NCBI GenBank assembly: GCA_051453625.1
Contig: JBOZIK010000001.1
Coordinates: forward strand, 41,883,798-41,939,894
Source of the DNA: Welwitschia mirabilis
Lineage: Eukaryota
Direction: 5' to 3'
DNA length: 56,097 bases
A model generated the notes under the pieces. The model saw nothing but the letters and a program-made list of their open reading frames with translations. It did no database searches and was not told where the DNA came from. Shown one piece after another: positions 20,553 through 32,500 of the stretch (position 1 is the stretch's first letter; every line of letters begins with the position of its first letter). A program made the translations under genes and the position numbers.

Positions 20553-23500
20553 GTATGGCTTATTGTTATACATGTATATAGAGTTCGACATGAATGATGT
20601 CACACATGTCTTCATCCATATTGACATGTATTGCACTTTTTATGTCTATGGTTAGCATCGATGGCGTGTAGGCATCATGACAGAGTTAGCTCCTGTGGGG
20701 TATGTGGGTGTCAGTCCAAAGTGCGTTCTAGGATTTAATCAGGTGAACAACACATTTCCAAGTTTAATTTTTGAGTTTCTGAAAAGGTTTGCTAGCATGT
20801 TGGGGATCAATTAAACTTTAGTCAGGATATGCATAAAGCCATAAGTTTCAGCTAATGTACTGCTCGTTGGTGTATTGTATCTGATCCTATTAGAATTTTG
20901 GAGAGGAAATTTCTCTGCGTCTGAGAACAGATGATCTCAAAGGATTTAGGAAATTTGAAAGCATCAAGAAAACTTTGTTGCATGAACTTGTAAGAGCATT
21001 TATTTTAAACTGGGGTTTGAACATGTTACCTACATGCTGATCAGTCTACCAATATGTTCTCTGGTACTACAGGCTCACATGGTGCACTCTGAACATGATG
21101 CACAGTTCCTTGCATTAAATAAACAGGCAAGGATTGAAAAGTGATTGCTTATTTAGTGTTTACTTAATTTCAATTAATGAATAATTGAGTTTATAAGCTT
21201 GATTCAAAATTTTGAGACTATGAGCACCTTATACAGTTAGAAGAAGAGGCTATTTCATTGGATTGGACAAAATCACATGCATATTCTCTAAGTGGATCAA
21301 GTAGAAAGGCAGTTTCATTTTCCTCAGCTTCTCATGAAGATGTCTCTGTTAAGAAACTTGGTGGAAATCCCAGACATTTTCTGACAAATGCTCGGGCTTC
21401 TGCAACGGCTGCGGCAATTCATCGTATTCAAACGCTTACATCCGGAGATCTCACGTCAAGTAGTATCAGCACAGGCATTGAAAACAGTACTGTGAATCAA
21501 AGTGAGACCAGCAAGGTTTCCTATAAGACTGTTGAACCTGATACTCATACCCGTGCCCAAGGTATTAACATTTCTACAGCAGGCAAAAGGATTGAGGCAG
21601 TCCTTGATGCAAAGCGAGCTCTCTTAGAACCAGATGATGATAATAACGCTCTTGATGGTTCCATGCTTCAAAAGTTTCACATAAATGGGGATTTCAATGA
21701 GAAAGATTGTTGCGTTGGTTTTAATCAACAAAAAAGTTCAACTGTTAAGTCAGGTGCTGATCCTGTGAACCCCCAAGGGAACAAAGGAATGGACAAAAAT
21801 GAAAAATTATGTCACCAAGATCTTCGTAATGGAGAAGTGCACATAATGGATAATGTTAGAAATGTGGAACCTGATCCAGATGATTGCAAGGAAGGATGCA
21901 ATGCTAGCAGTAGGTTGTCTGGAGAAACAGTTGCCATAGGCATACCCTCTGTGCAACTTAGTGTTAGCGACGATGCCAATTTAAGTGATGCATTTCTAAA
22001 TAGTAAAGATAAGGGATCAGTTGACTCTTCTTCTAATTCTAGTAACGGCATGGAAATGATTTCTGCTCATGTTCCTTCTGCTACACCATTGGAGACAGTT
22101 GCCAACATAAGTAATCCATCATCTTGTAAAGGTTCTGAAGGCACTTGCTGCATGAAGCCAAACACAGAAAGTATTCACTTAAACCTTGAATGTATTGATG
22201 AAAGTTTGAAGAGAATCCAAGATTCTACAGTTGCCACATGTACACATCTTAGAGAAGTGATTCAACAGCTTAAACATCAAGTTCCACCTTTAGAGTTGAC
22301 AAACGTTATTAAGTTCCTGCTCACCATTGTAAGGTAATATAAAGACTCCATGCGTGGGAAAGTGATTTTATTAAAGCCTGTACATTGCAAATCAAATTAG
22401 CTTTCATTTCATATATGAACAAGGATCTTCATTTTTTCAGGAATATTCTGGATCACCCGAGGGAAGAAAAATTTAGACGCGTGCGGAAGGTAAGGGGTAT
22501 AAGCAGTTAAGACACATGGTTTATTCATCTGTGTAGGAGTCAGAGACAGGAGAGGGAAAGGATTATTAATAAGGGCTTCTCTTGAAACTCATGCAGGCAA
22601 ATCCAGTATTTCAGAGGAACATTGCAAAATATGAAGGTAACTTTTCAGATTTCCTCTACTGAAATATCATTTTGAGTGATATATAATATAATGAAACCTA
22701 TCCTTTGTTTTGCACAAGGATTAGGCATGTTGATCCTTCTTTTTACATGCAAGAGGGCAAGTTCTATTTTATTTTAATTAATCTCTGCATTATATAAGAC
22801 TTTAACACAATGCAAATTTGTTCTGACACAATATTATTGCATAAGATTGTTTTCAAAATGGGATTGGAAAAATGGCGACTTTTCAGACTCTACTCATTTA
22901 GCTATAACTCTTGGAATGGATCAACTACCCTTAAGTTGAGGTGACTAGGGTAACTAACAACTAATTCTTGAAAATGATTATTTCAGATTTCAGTTATAAT
23001 AGACATATGAACCTGTTACTGAGAAAGAAACAAATATTTAAAAAACCAAACATAAAAAGCACACGAAAATATTCTTAAGCTGGTTAAGCTTGTGCCTTCA
23101 CTTTTAGGGTGAATAAAAACATTCTGCACCAATTTTCACAAGAATATGGCACTGTATTAACAAGGTTCAACCACCAGGACCCCTCATTAAACACTGGAAT
23201 CAACCAGCAATGAACCTTTCTATGCTGAGCTTGTCCTTAGAGAATGATTCAAAGAATCTGTGTGCTTGAAAATGAATGCCAAAAAGCTAAATGCTTAAGC
23301 CAGCAACTGCGAATGCAAACCCCTTTTAAGCTAACCTTTCTGTTGTGCCTGTTGGAGAACTAATTTGAAGAAAGTCTGCCTTTAGCTAACAATAACCCTT
23401 AGATCTTATTAGAAACTTCAAAATGTCGGTGGAGAAAACTCATTTTAGCAAGTTTGAAGTGGAGAAAAATAATTAGGAACAATATTTCAGTTCACATGGA

Positions 23501-26500
23501 AAGATCAAGTGAAGATGGGGGTTTATCTACAACTAATTTTTGCATTTTTAATCATGCCTTGTCACCTCCAAATTTATCAAAGAGCTATAGCATACAGGAG
23601 GGCTTGCCTGCCTATGGCAAGGGGGAGCCTGCCTAGGCAACCTCTCATTTCTTATTGTGTCACAGACTAGAAACACTTTAGAAATGATGGGAAATGATGT
23701 TATAAAAAATCAATGTTTATGCTTCACAAGAACAAAAGCAACAAAACATAAAATAACAAAAAGACAAACACAAAATGTACATCCATGGAAGAAGGAAGAG
23801 CATTGATGCAAATGAACTTGTCACTGCATATTATGTAAGGATCCAAGGCCCTAAGTAGGGTTGGGGTTTTACTCCAAGTTAACCTTGAAAAGTTTAAATT
23901 TCATCCTCTGTTTACTTGTAAGTCTCACTTTGTATTTTAAATTTAAATCATAATAGGTAAATGGAGCACTAAGGGATAACCTTGCTTTACAATGTTCCAG
24001 CACGTCAATAACATAACATAAGAACTCTAATACAATATTTGGGCTCAAACCCTAAAAATCTTCCACTTGAAGATAAATCTGCTTTCTCCATTTATGTTAA
24101 GCATCTAATATGCAAATATGTTAACCTCTATTGTTGCATAATGTCTTGCTACCATGTTACCTCTCATTGATACAACCATCGACACTAAAGCATCCATGCT
24201 GAAATTGACCAAGCGAAGTTGGATCATGTTAGAAAAAAGCTACATTGCAATCATAACAAAGTGGAAGCTGTCCACTAAATGGTCTTTGTCAATATTCAGC
24301 ACTAGAATGAGGACCTCTCAAAACCCTTCAATGTATAGAGATCTTGCATCAAAGTGTGGGAACAAACATGAGACAATCTCAATGCTATGCAAGGGAAGTC
24401 CAACATGGCCAGTCGTGTTGAACTTCTGCATTAGGATATAAACTTCTACCTACTGAAAGCTACAGTTAAAGAACAAGACATTGTCCGACTCCCACTATAA
24501 AAATGTCATTGATGGAGTTTTTGTTAGCCCTATTTAGTTGTACATTTCCGTCTCCAAATATTCCTCGGATGTGTTATATCTAGTGAAGTCAAGAGGTTAG
24601 AGAGGAGAAGAATAGAGAGGGAGGGAGGGAGAGAAGAATTATTGCTGCAAAAATGTTTGATCGTAAAAATAATAAGTAACTATGCAATCTACTATGCAGC
24701 TCACTAAGAGTTTCTAGTTGGCTGTCACCCAACTAGTCTCAAAGCATGTATCAACACAAACAATCAATATATCAACACACAATTTGAGAATCATTAGGAT
24801 AGAATTCTATTAAGCCAAATATTCATAATACATGACTTACATTGAGTGGTGGAATACAAGAGTTTTACCCCAACTAACAAGTAAAGGCAAGGCGCCTCAT
24901 TTCCATTTCCCCTTCTCTATGGCCCTTTGCCCTTTCCAAATACTTTTGTCACGTTGTTTAGGACTCCAAAAGGTCCAAAAAAGGAGCAAGGGAAAGCCCC
25001 TTGCTTTATAGCTTTCCAAAAAGGTAGGAAGCTTGAATTTTAGTTATAGAGTTGCCATCACCAAATGTGTTATTGTGTGATGTGTAAGTGGCGACGATTT
25101 CGGTGGTTTAATATGCTCATGTCACTGGAAACTGTCATCGGTCGATATGTAAGTGGCGATGGTTTCGATCTACTAGTATGGTGTTTGTTGCCAAGAACCA
25201 TTGCTGGGTGATGGATAAGTAGCGACGAGTTCAGTCTGTTAGTATGGACGTTATCGCTAGATAGTCATTGGGCGACAGTTAAGTGGTGACAAATTCAGCC
25301 TGTACCCCTCGTGGACTTTAGTCTTGGGGGCTCTTGTTTATGCTCTGTATAGTGCTTTTCACATTCCTTCATGTTAATTCTCCAATCGTTGCAACAATCC
25401 TTGTTTCCTACATTATTTAGCACACCTAACATCAAATATCAGTACTATGGGGTCCCTACTTTAAAGTTCCATCATTGTGATTTTGAAATAACTACCAATT
25501 TTTTTTTGGCTCATTTCTAATCATCTGGACAAATTGAGATTCTTGCTTTTTTATAAAGTCACACTTTGTATTTTGAAGTGATCCATTGGTGGAATAACAA
25601 TAAACATTGATGCTGAGTAGGCTAGTGGCTAATAGTGATTGTATGAAGGATATGGTAGTAGCCATTGAAATCTCAAATATTGTTGCTATGTTCAATACTG
25701 CTTATTCATATGATGTTGGAGCAGGAGAAGAGATGTTAACAAAGAATATTGCGATCAAGGTTACATCCACTATTGCTTGCTGATATTGATTGATATTGGT
25801 TTGTGGCTAAGCAAACAATAGGAAACTTGAGGGTAGGGTACCCCATGATTTCAATCTTCTTATACATCTTAGGATTAAGCACATTAACCCTTTGTCTAGT
25901 CACACCATTTTGGGAATTGGACTACATCCTAACATTTATTGGGAGAATGGTTGCAGAGACAATAAGTGTGCTCGTCTCCTCTGGTGTCAAATGTCGATAA
26001 TCTCATAGATGCTTCATGGCTTCATATTTGTTATACAATTACTGAGAAGATTGACTTGTCACAATGTCACTTGCCAACTTGTTAATATTACTACTAAGCT
26101 TTTCAATTTTGGGGTTACCTACTGCAATGGAGTGAACACCCTCTTTTAAAATCTCTATTTCTTTTAACTCATTTCTCTTTCTTTAAGCTAGATCCCTATT
26201 GTGTTAATTCATGTCCTTATGGGCCTTTCACATTCCAATGGACTTAGCCATGTCTTCCATAAACTCCCATTATACACAATCCATCTCATGGTGAGTGTGA
26301 TTATGTTTCATATGAAGGTGCTTCTTGGTCTTTTTGTTTGTACCATCTAACAGAACTCCCACATGCTCTATACATCTTAATCCATGCATGGGACAACATG
26401 CTAACATCTGGATAAATCAACCAATGACCTCATAACAAGGCTTCTTAGCCTTCTGCTTAAAGTTGTGTCTCTCTCATCTATGTATAAGCACTTGGTTGGA

Positions 26501-29500
26501 AGACTCATATTATAAAAACTATTGCATCATCTTTTGCTATCTATCTATTAATCAAGAAGGCAAGTTAGTGAACCATGTCTACACTTAGTCTTGAAAAATG
26601 CTATTAAAGTAGCAGAGGTTTTGCGTGTCATTTACAACCCTCATAGGAATGCAAGCCACTTGATGGTCCCTCAAATGAAGATAGGAGTCCTTATCTTTCT
26701 TCTTCCAAAAATAGGTAGATGTGACATTCTCATGTCCTCTACCTTGCCCTTCTCCTATAGATTAGCTAGTATCTCGATAGGCGAGTCAAATTGTGGTGCA
26801 TACACATTAGTCCTATACCTCTTAATGGGTTGAACCCAATCATCTACCGTGTTCCGAAACCTTTCATTGTATGCCTCATGCTTCTTATTACAGGTAGTTT
26901 GAGACTCTTTTTCATTTTCTTCCTCATTACCCCTTGTGCTATAGGTGGTTCTAGGGCTGTTCAAGATGTGAAGTTTTTGGCTTCTTCTATAATTGAGATA
27001 AGAACCTTGAGTTGTATCACAAGGCAAGAAGATTCGATGACCTTCTTAACCTCTTGAAACAAGTCTTGAAGTTCCTCAAGCTTTCTTTTCTTAGCGACGT
27101 CAAGAACCTTGGGGATATTTTTGTAAGTATACTTTCTAAGAAGGGCTGTTGCCCAAATTTCTAATATCTTTTACAAAACAATCTCAAAGCATCATACAGA
27201 CAATGGTCACAATACTTCAATTCATGATTTCTCTGGTGGTCACTGTTGTCGATGTAATATGGGATGATTATTATATCACTCGTTCCTCCATGTTCTATCT
27301 CAGCCACAAATTTATGCCATGACACTATTGAAACCTAACTTCTGGATGTACTTGATGAAAGCCACTATTAGTTTTTGGTGTTAGTGGAGAAGTCACCAAA
27401 CATTAACACTCTCTGAGTAATTCAAAGCACAGTTCACACAGTTTGCAGTAACACCACCAATGAGGAGTGCAAGATTGTCACATGTCATGTCATTTAATCA
27501 AGTAATTAGATTTGAGTTATTTTGCCCTCCAATATGTGTATGGAAATTGCAAAGCCTTAATGCCTACTTCTTAACGATGATATCTTGTTATAAGCATGGA
27601 TGTGAAAGTTGGACTTGGCACCAAACTTGTTTGGCTTCTTGGACTTGGACTTGTCAGCGAAAATCGACAGACTCAGCAAATCTCGGCAGAAACTTGGGAG
27701 GGCCAAAAGAGTTTGGATTTTGCTATATTTTTTAAAGATTAAGGAATTTTATGCATTCAAATAAGGCATCTAGCGTTTAAAAACATTAGACAAGTGCTAG
27801 AATACACTATATTAATGAAGTAATACCAAGGGAAAAAAAATCAAAAACTCAAACTTGTCATAAGTGAGATGTAAAAATTTGGTGGCCAGCTCTTAACTTG
27901 ACAAGGGTAGGGATGGTTTTTCATCTAACCAAGTAAACCATTGACCTTGATGAGTGTGATACGGCTCCCTAGGAATTAAAGATCACAAGAAAAGTACAAG
28001 AAAAGCATTCAAAAGAACATAAGGAAAGCTAAAGTTAAAATGTTGTAAACTTTAAAGAATACAAATATCTCTAACACAGCTTCACTCTTTACTCTTCACT
28101 ACTTTGTTGTGCTTCTTTGCCACTTTCTCTTGCAAATGAATATTGGAAGTGCCTTCAAGTCTTCAACATCACATGAAGTTGCTTTATAACTCCCCCAAGC
28201 CTGAACCTTTCTAAACTTATAAATTTAAAAAAAAAACCTTTTTAATAACTTTTTAAAAATACTTTCTTAAACTTCTTTTAAAAACTTTTTTAAAACTTTT
28301 TTTTAACTTTTGTCAACTAGTTCTTAAAAAAAAGTTTTTTAAAAACGTTTTTCACAAAACTGTTTTGAAAAAACTTTTTTAAAAACCTTTTCTTAAAGCA
28401 ACTTTTTAAAAAAAATTGTTAGAAAAAACTTCTTAAAACAATGTTTTTTAAACCTAATTTAACTGAGATGAGTTTGGTAATCCCAAACTTGCTAGACTCA
28501 CCAGACTCACCTGACTCAGTAGACTCAGCGAGTTTGATGAGTTTGCAACTGTCAGACTCGTCTTGGCGAGTGTTTGGGTTTGGACTTGCGGCAGTCTCCA
28601 TACTCGCAGACTCGCAAGACTCACTGGACTCGCTGTGAGTCTGGTAACGGTGGTTATAAGTAATTCTGGTATTTTTAGAACTTTCTGGATGTTTTTGGTA
28701 TTTTCAATATAAACTAATGGTTTAGCAATGCAAAGAAAACCTATCTAACTAAGGAAATAGACTAGGTTACCAACAAGCTGCTAAAGCATGTAAAATCTAC
28801 TTGACAGCTTTCCACACACCAAGGATTATTGTTTTACGAGGTTAAGTCCCCAACTTGATAGTTTGTAGTATTCTGAGAAGGTAATTTGATAAACGTGTTT
28901 AAGTTCATAATTGAAAAGAAAACTTGGCATGATGTATGTATAGCATTCTGAATTTAGTGCTTGATCCACTTTCAAAACTCAAGTAGTAGACCACAGCATC
29001 AAGATGAGTTTAGTATAAAAATATTTTAATGTCAATAGTGAAAAAAATTAATTGAAATTTAACACAGTGTGCAAATCATTGAGTTCATGTGCGAGTAAGA
29101 CATATACAAGTGCTGCACTGCATTAGAGTAAAAATCACCAGAGGAATGTGAGAATTTATTTATTTGTTTTTTTGAGCTGGTAGTAATTTTCTATCTTTTT
29201 GTTTTATTTTTATAATGATGAGCTAGTAGTAATTTTATTTTTTCCCTTACAAATCAATAATAGCACAGACATTCAAACGACCATCATACTAATAATTTCT
29301 GTAGAACATTTAAGGTCTATTTAATAAAACATGTGTTACGTCCATTGAAGGATCATAAACAACAAAATCAAATAGTCACCAATTTTAAAATTAGCCCAAC
29401 ATTGCCTTTCAATTCGAACATGTTAACGTGTTTGCAACCATAAACATATAAGGCTTTTGATGTGAAAATGTCTTCAAATACGATATACTAATCATGTATT

Positions 29501-32500
29501 GTGAAACCAAATTATCAGTGTTTGCTACATCACCAATGTCAAGTACCTCACTATTGCCACTAAGACTTTTTGAAATAGTATGCAACAACTGATTTTGTTG
29601 TGTGGTATTGAATTATTGTGATTTAACAAGTTACAATGAACCATCGAACTTGAAGTACCTCTTATCATTATGCGTCCTTGATTCCTCCATAAGTGATTGT
29701 TTGCTTTTGTGTAGAACAATATGCAACTCCATACTCAAGCCCAAAGGACTGTAAAAGTGATCTCAACCTTCTTGCTAACAAAAATTCCCTTAGCTTTGAA
29801 AACTCCTTTACCTCCTCTATTACTCTATGAAGAAACTGTTCTTTTTTTGTGAAACTCCCTGACAAAAAAGTCCCTTCCATTGTTATGCCCCCATTCAAAA
29901 TGTTTGCCCTAGCCTTGTTCATTTTGTGGCATTTACTTGTGCTTGTAACACCATGTAATTTGCATCATCAAGGGGTTGAGGATTTAACATCACCATTTCA
30001 TTTGGGATCATTTACTGCAAACCTTACGAAAGTATCACAATATCTTCATGCCACATCTTCAAAATATTTGCTTTGGTATTGTATTGTAAAAATTCATTCA
30101 TGTAAGTCTTGTATTGATCATTTTTATTCTCTTAATCTCCATAGCTTCATAATTCCACCTGTCTTGTACAAAGACGGTGCAGATGTCTGAATCAACAACT
30201 CTTCTTCCACCACATTCCACAAGTTTATGGAATGAATCCATTGCAAGGCTTTGTCAGAAATGTCCTTTTGCCACCAAATACTGACCATGCCATCTAACTT
30301 AGAAAATGGAATTTTGGATTTATGATCTGTTGGAGTTAATTTAAAAACATTTATTCAATAAATTCAACTTGTCTCAGAATGGCAAGTTTTTCGGAGTAAC
30401 TTGCAAGTCACATAATGGTGAGTTTTCTTTGTGACCGAGTTTTTTTAAAAACTCGGTGGAGCTGGGTGACATTGTATAAGGAGCTTTGGGACAAGTTTCA
30501 GTGTTCAGCAACCATTTCATGAAGTGCCTATAGCACAGGGTTCAGGCAAAAATAGTGACCACCTTTCTTTTTGATGTCTTCTATTTGATCTTTTTAATTA
30601 AAGAAGTTCTATTACTCATCTTACAAATATCATTTTGAATTGGAACAATTTTTCTGTTAGTGTTCTTCCAATTTGAGGAATTTGCACAAATGAGCCAGTT
30701 ATTTATTTATTTTTTACTCTTTTTAACTCTTTTTGCATAAACAAATAGAAAATGAGTGGATTGTGAAGTCAACATTTTCTTTGTTGAGTCACGAGTCAAA
30801 TTACCCTCAATGAGTGAGATTCATGAGTCACCAGTCATGCTACCTTGGGTACAGAGGACCCAAAATCCAAATATGAATTTTAAACAGGAATACAACATAC
30901 CAAATGTTCTGTTCATTACTATAGAAACATATTATTAATTGATATTTGATACCATATGGTTTTTCAACTCATTTCATAAAGCGCCTCAAGGAAATTCTTG
31001 AAGTGTTCATGAAATACTATGCTAGACATTTCACTTAGTATAAACCATTAACTTCACTGCAACAAAAACCAGAGGAGGGAATCCAGGATCATGCCTTACA
31101 GTAAAAGGTTGTTGCTTTAGAGTATAACATTTCAGATCATGACATGGTTAGGCTCTTTGTCAAATTTTGCAGCCCCTTCATCTGAGAACATTTATGAATA
31201 CGAAAATCTGGGACTTTTGCCCATGTTGTTAATCTGACTAAAAGAATAATGTCTATAACAGAAAAAAGAGTAACAAAACAATCTATAAAATTCCAGAAGT
31301 ATTTCTTAAAAAATACGTGACTTCATGGAAAAGAAAAATTCCAGAAATTCAAAAGTAGTTTCTTTAGTCACAAAGTTAGCAAGCTTAGAGACCTGCCCCT
31401 TTCGGAAAAAGGTACCAAATCTTCCCTATGGATCCCCGCTTTCCTTCTTCACAGAGACAAGTAATTACAGTTCCACCACAAAAGACTTATGACATCAATG
31501 TCCCAAAACTCTAGTTGGTTTATAAAAGATCAATATTGTATCATAGATCGGCTAGCACACTATCATTGCAGCCCCCATTAAAAAACTAGAAATCTGTCGA
31601 AATTCTCTGCCGAGATGGGAAATTGCTAAAGGAGCGATTGTTGACCAAAATAAGGAAGAAGACACTGATAGTAAATGGAACACTATTCAAATGATGGTTT
31701 TGAAAGGAGGGCACATGGGAGGAATTTCAATATGGATTAACAGACTAATTAAAAACTGAAAATATTGATAACTTGTTTCAACATTCACTCAGCGGAAATA
31801 CTTTCATACAAAAACAAATCAAGTGCCAATTGGATTAGACACCTACCTAGCTTCCATTGTTTCCTTTGCTGCTACAAACATCTGAAGAACATGGAAGGAC
31901 CTTACAGATACTTTGAAAGATATTTAAACCAAAGTTGTCCACTTCTAGCCAACTTAGTGAACTGTTAAATGATTCCACTTTTATGAAACAGGAAAAAGTG
32001 GTCCCTCTCAAGTGATGCCGTTGAAAAGGCATATATATATATATATAAAAAACAAATATATAAAACAATAGAATTAAACAAATTTATCAGTAAGAGATTT
32101 TTCTTTCTTTCTTTCTTTCTGCTTTTTTTCTTTGGTTGGTTTGGGAAGAATGGGAAGAAAGGTAACTTTTGTGATTGGACAATGCTGGCTAGCCCTGGGG
32201 TTTAACCCTTCAAAAGGACTTCTTATTAATATGGTAGAGGTAAATGTTATCCCAAAACAAGGATTGAATAAAATGGGAGCATTAAAATCTATCAACAGGA
32301 AAGCAACAATTCATAATAAAAAGGTTTGGTAACCAATATCCAGTTGACACCTAATTGATCAAAATTCCAGATAAGTGATTATCCCAGACAATTGATCATT
32401 CCCTATCCTTAACTCGAATTGGAGGAAGACCGTGTCTTGTATAAACAGCTGCACTTCTATTAGGCATCAAAAGAGCAAAATGAAACATAAAGGTAAATTA

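Larger units (their letters stand above)
24500..28800 (-). mobile_element. Degenerate Athila-like gypsy relic (gag ~26330-26740, PBS, 5' LTR split by a hAT insertion)
   Basis: Minus-strand gag LPIFG...DSYLHL...TWFTNLPS...NFKQ...LACCPMHG...DG; decayed PBS TGGTGGTGTTACTGC (27445-27459, cf. TGGCGCCGTTGCCGG) next to the LTR edge at 27461; outer limits approximate. Confidence 0.65.

Noticed and set aside
21258..22337. 359-aa ORF as a stand-alone novel gene
   Set aside because: It starts at TTG and is bounded by splice sites; it is the internal long exon of the WLM-PUB gene
23014..23391. Solo LTR (TGTTACT...CTAACA)
   Set aside because: LTR-like, but the flanks GAACC and ATAAC do not form a convincing TSD; unresolved
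28419..28638. Ser/Asp- and Ser/Glu-rich ORFs on both strands
   Set aside because: Translation of GACTC subterminal repeats of the hAT-type element
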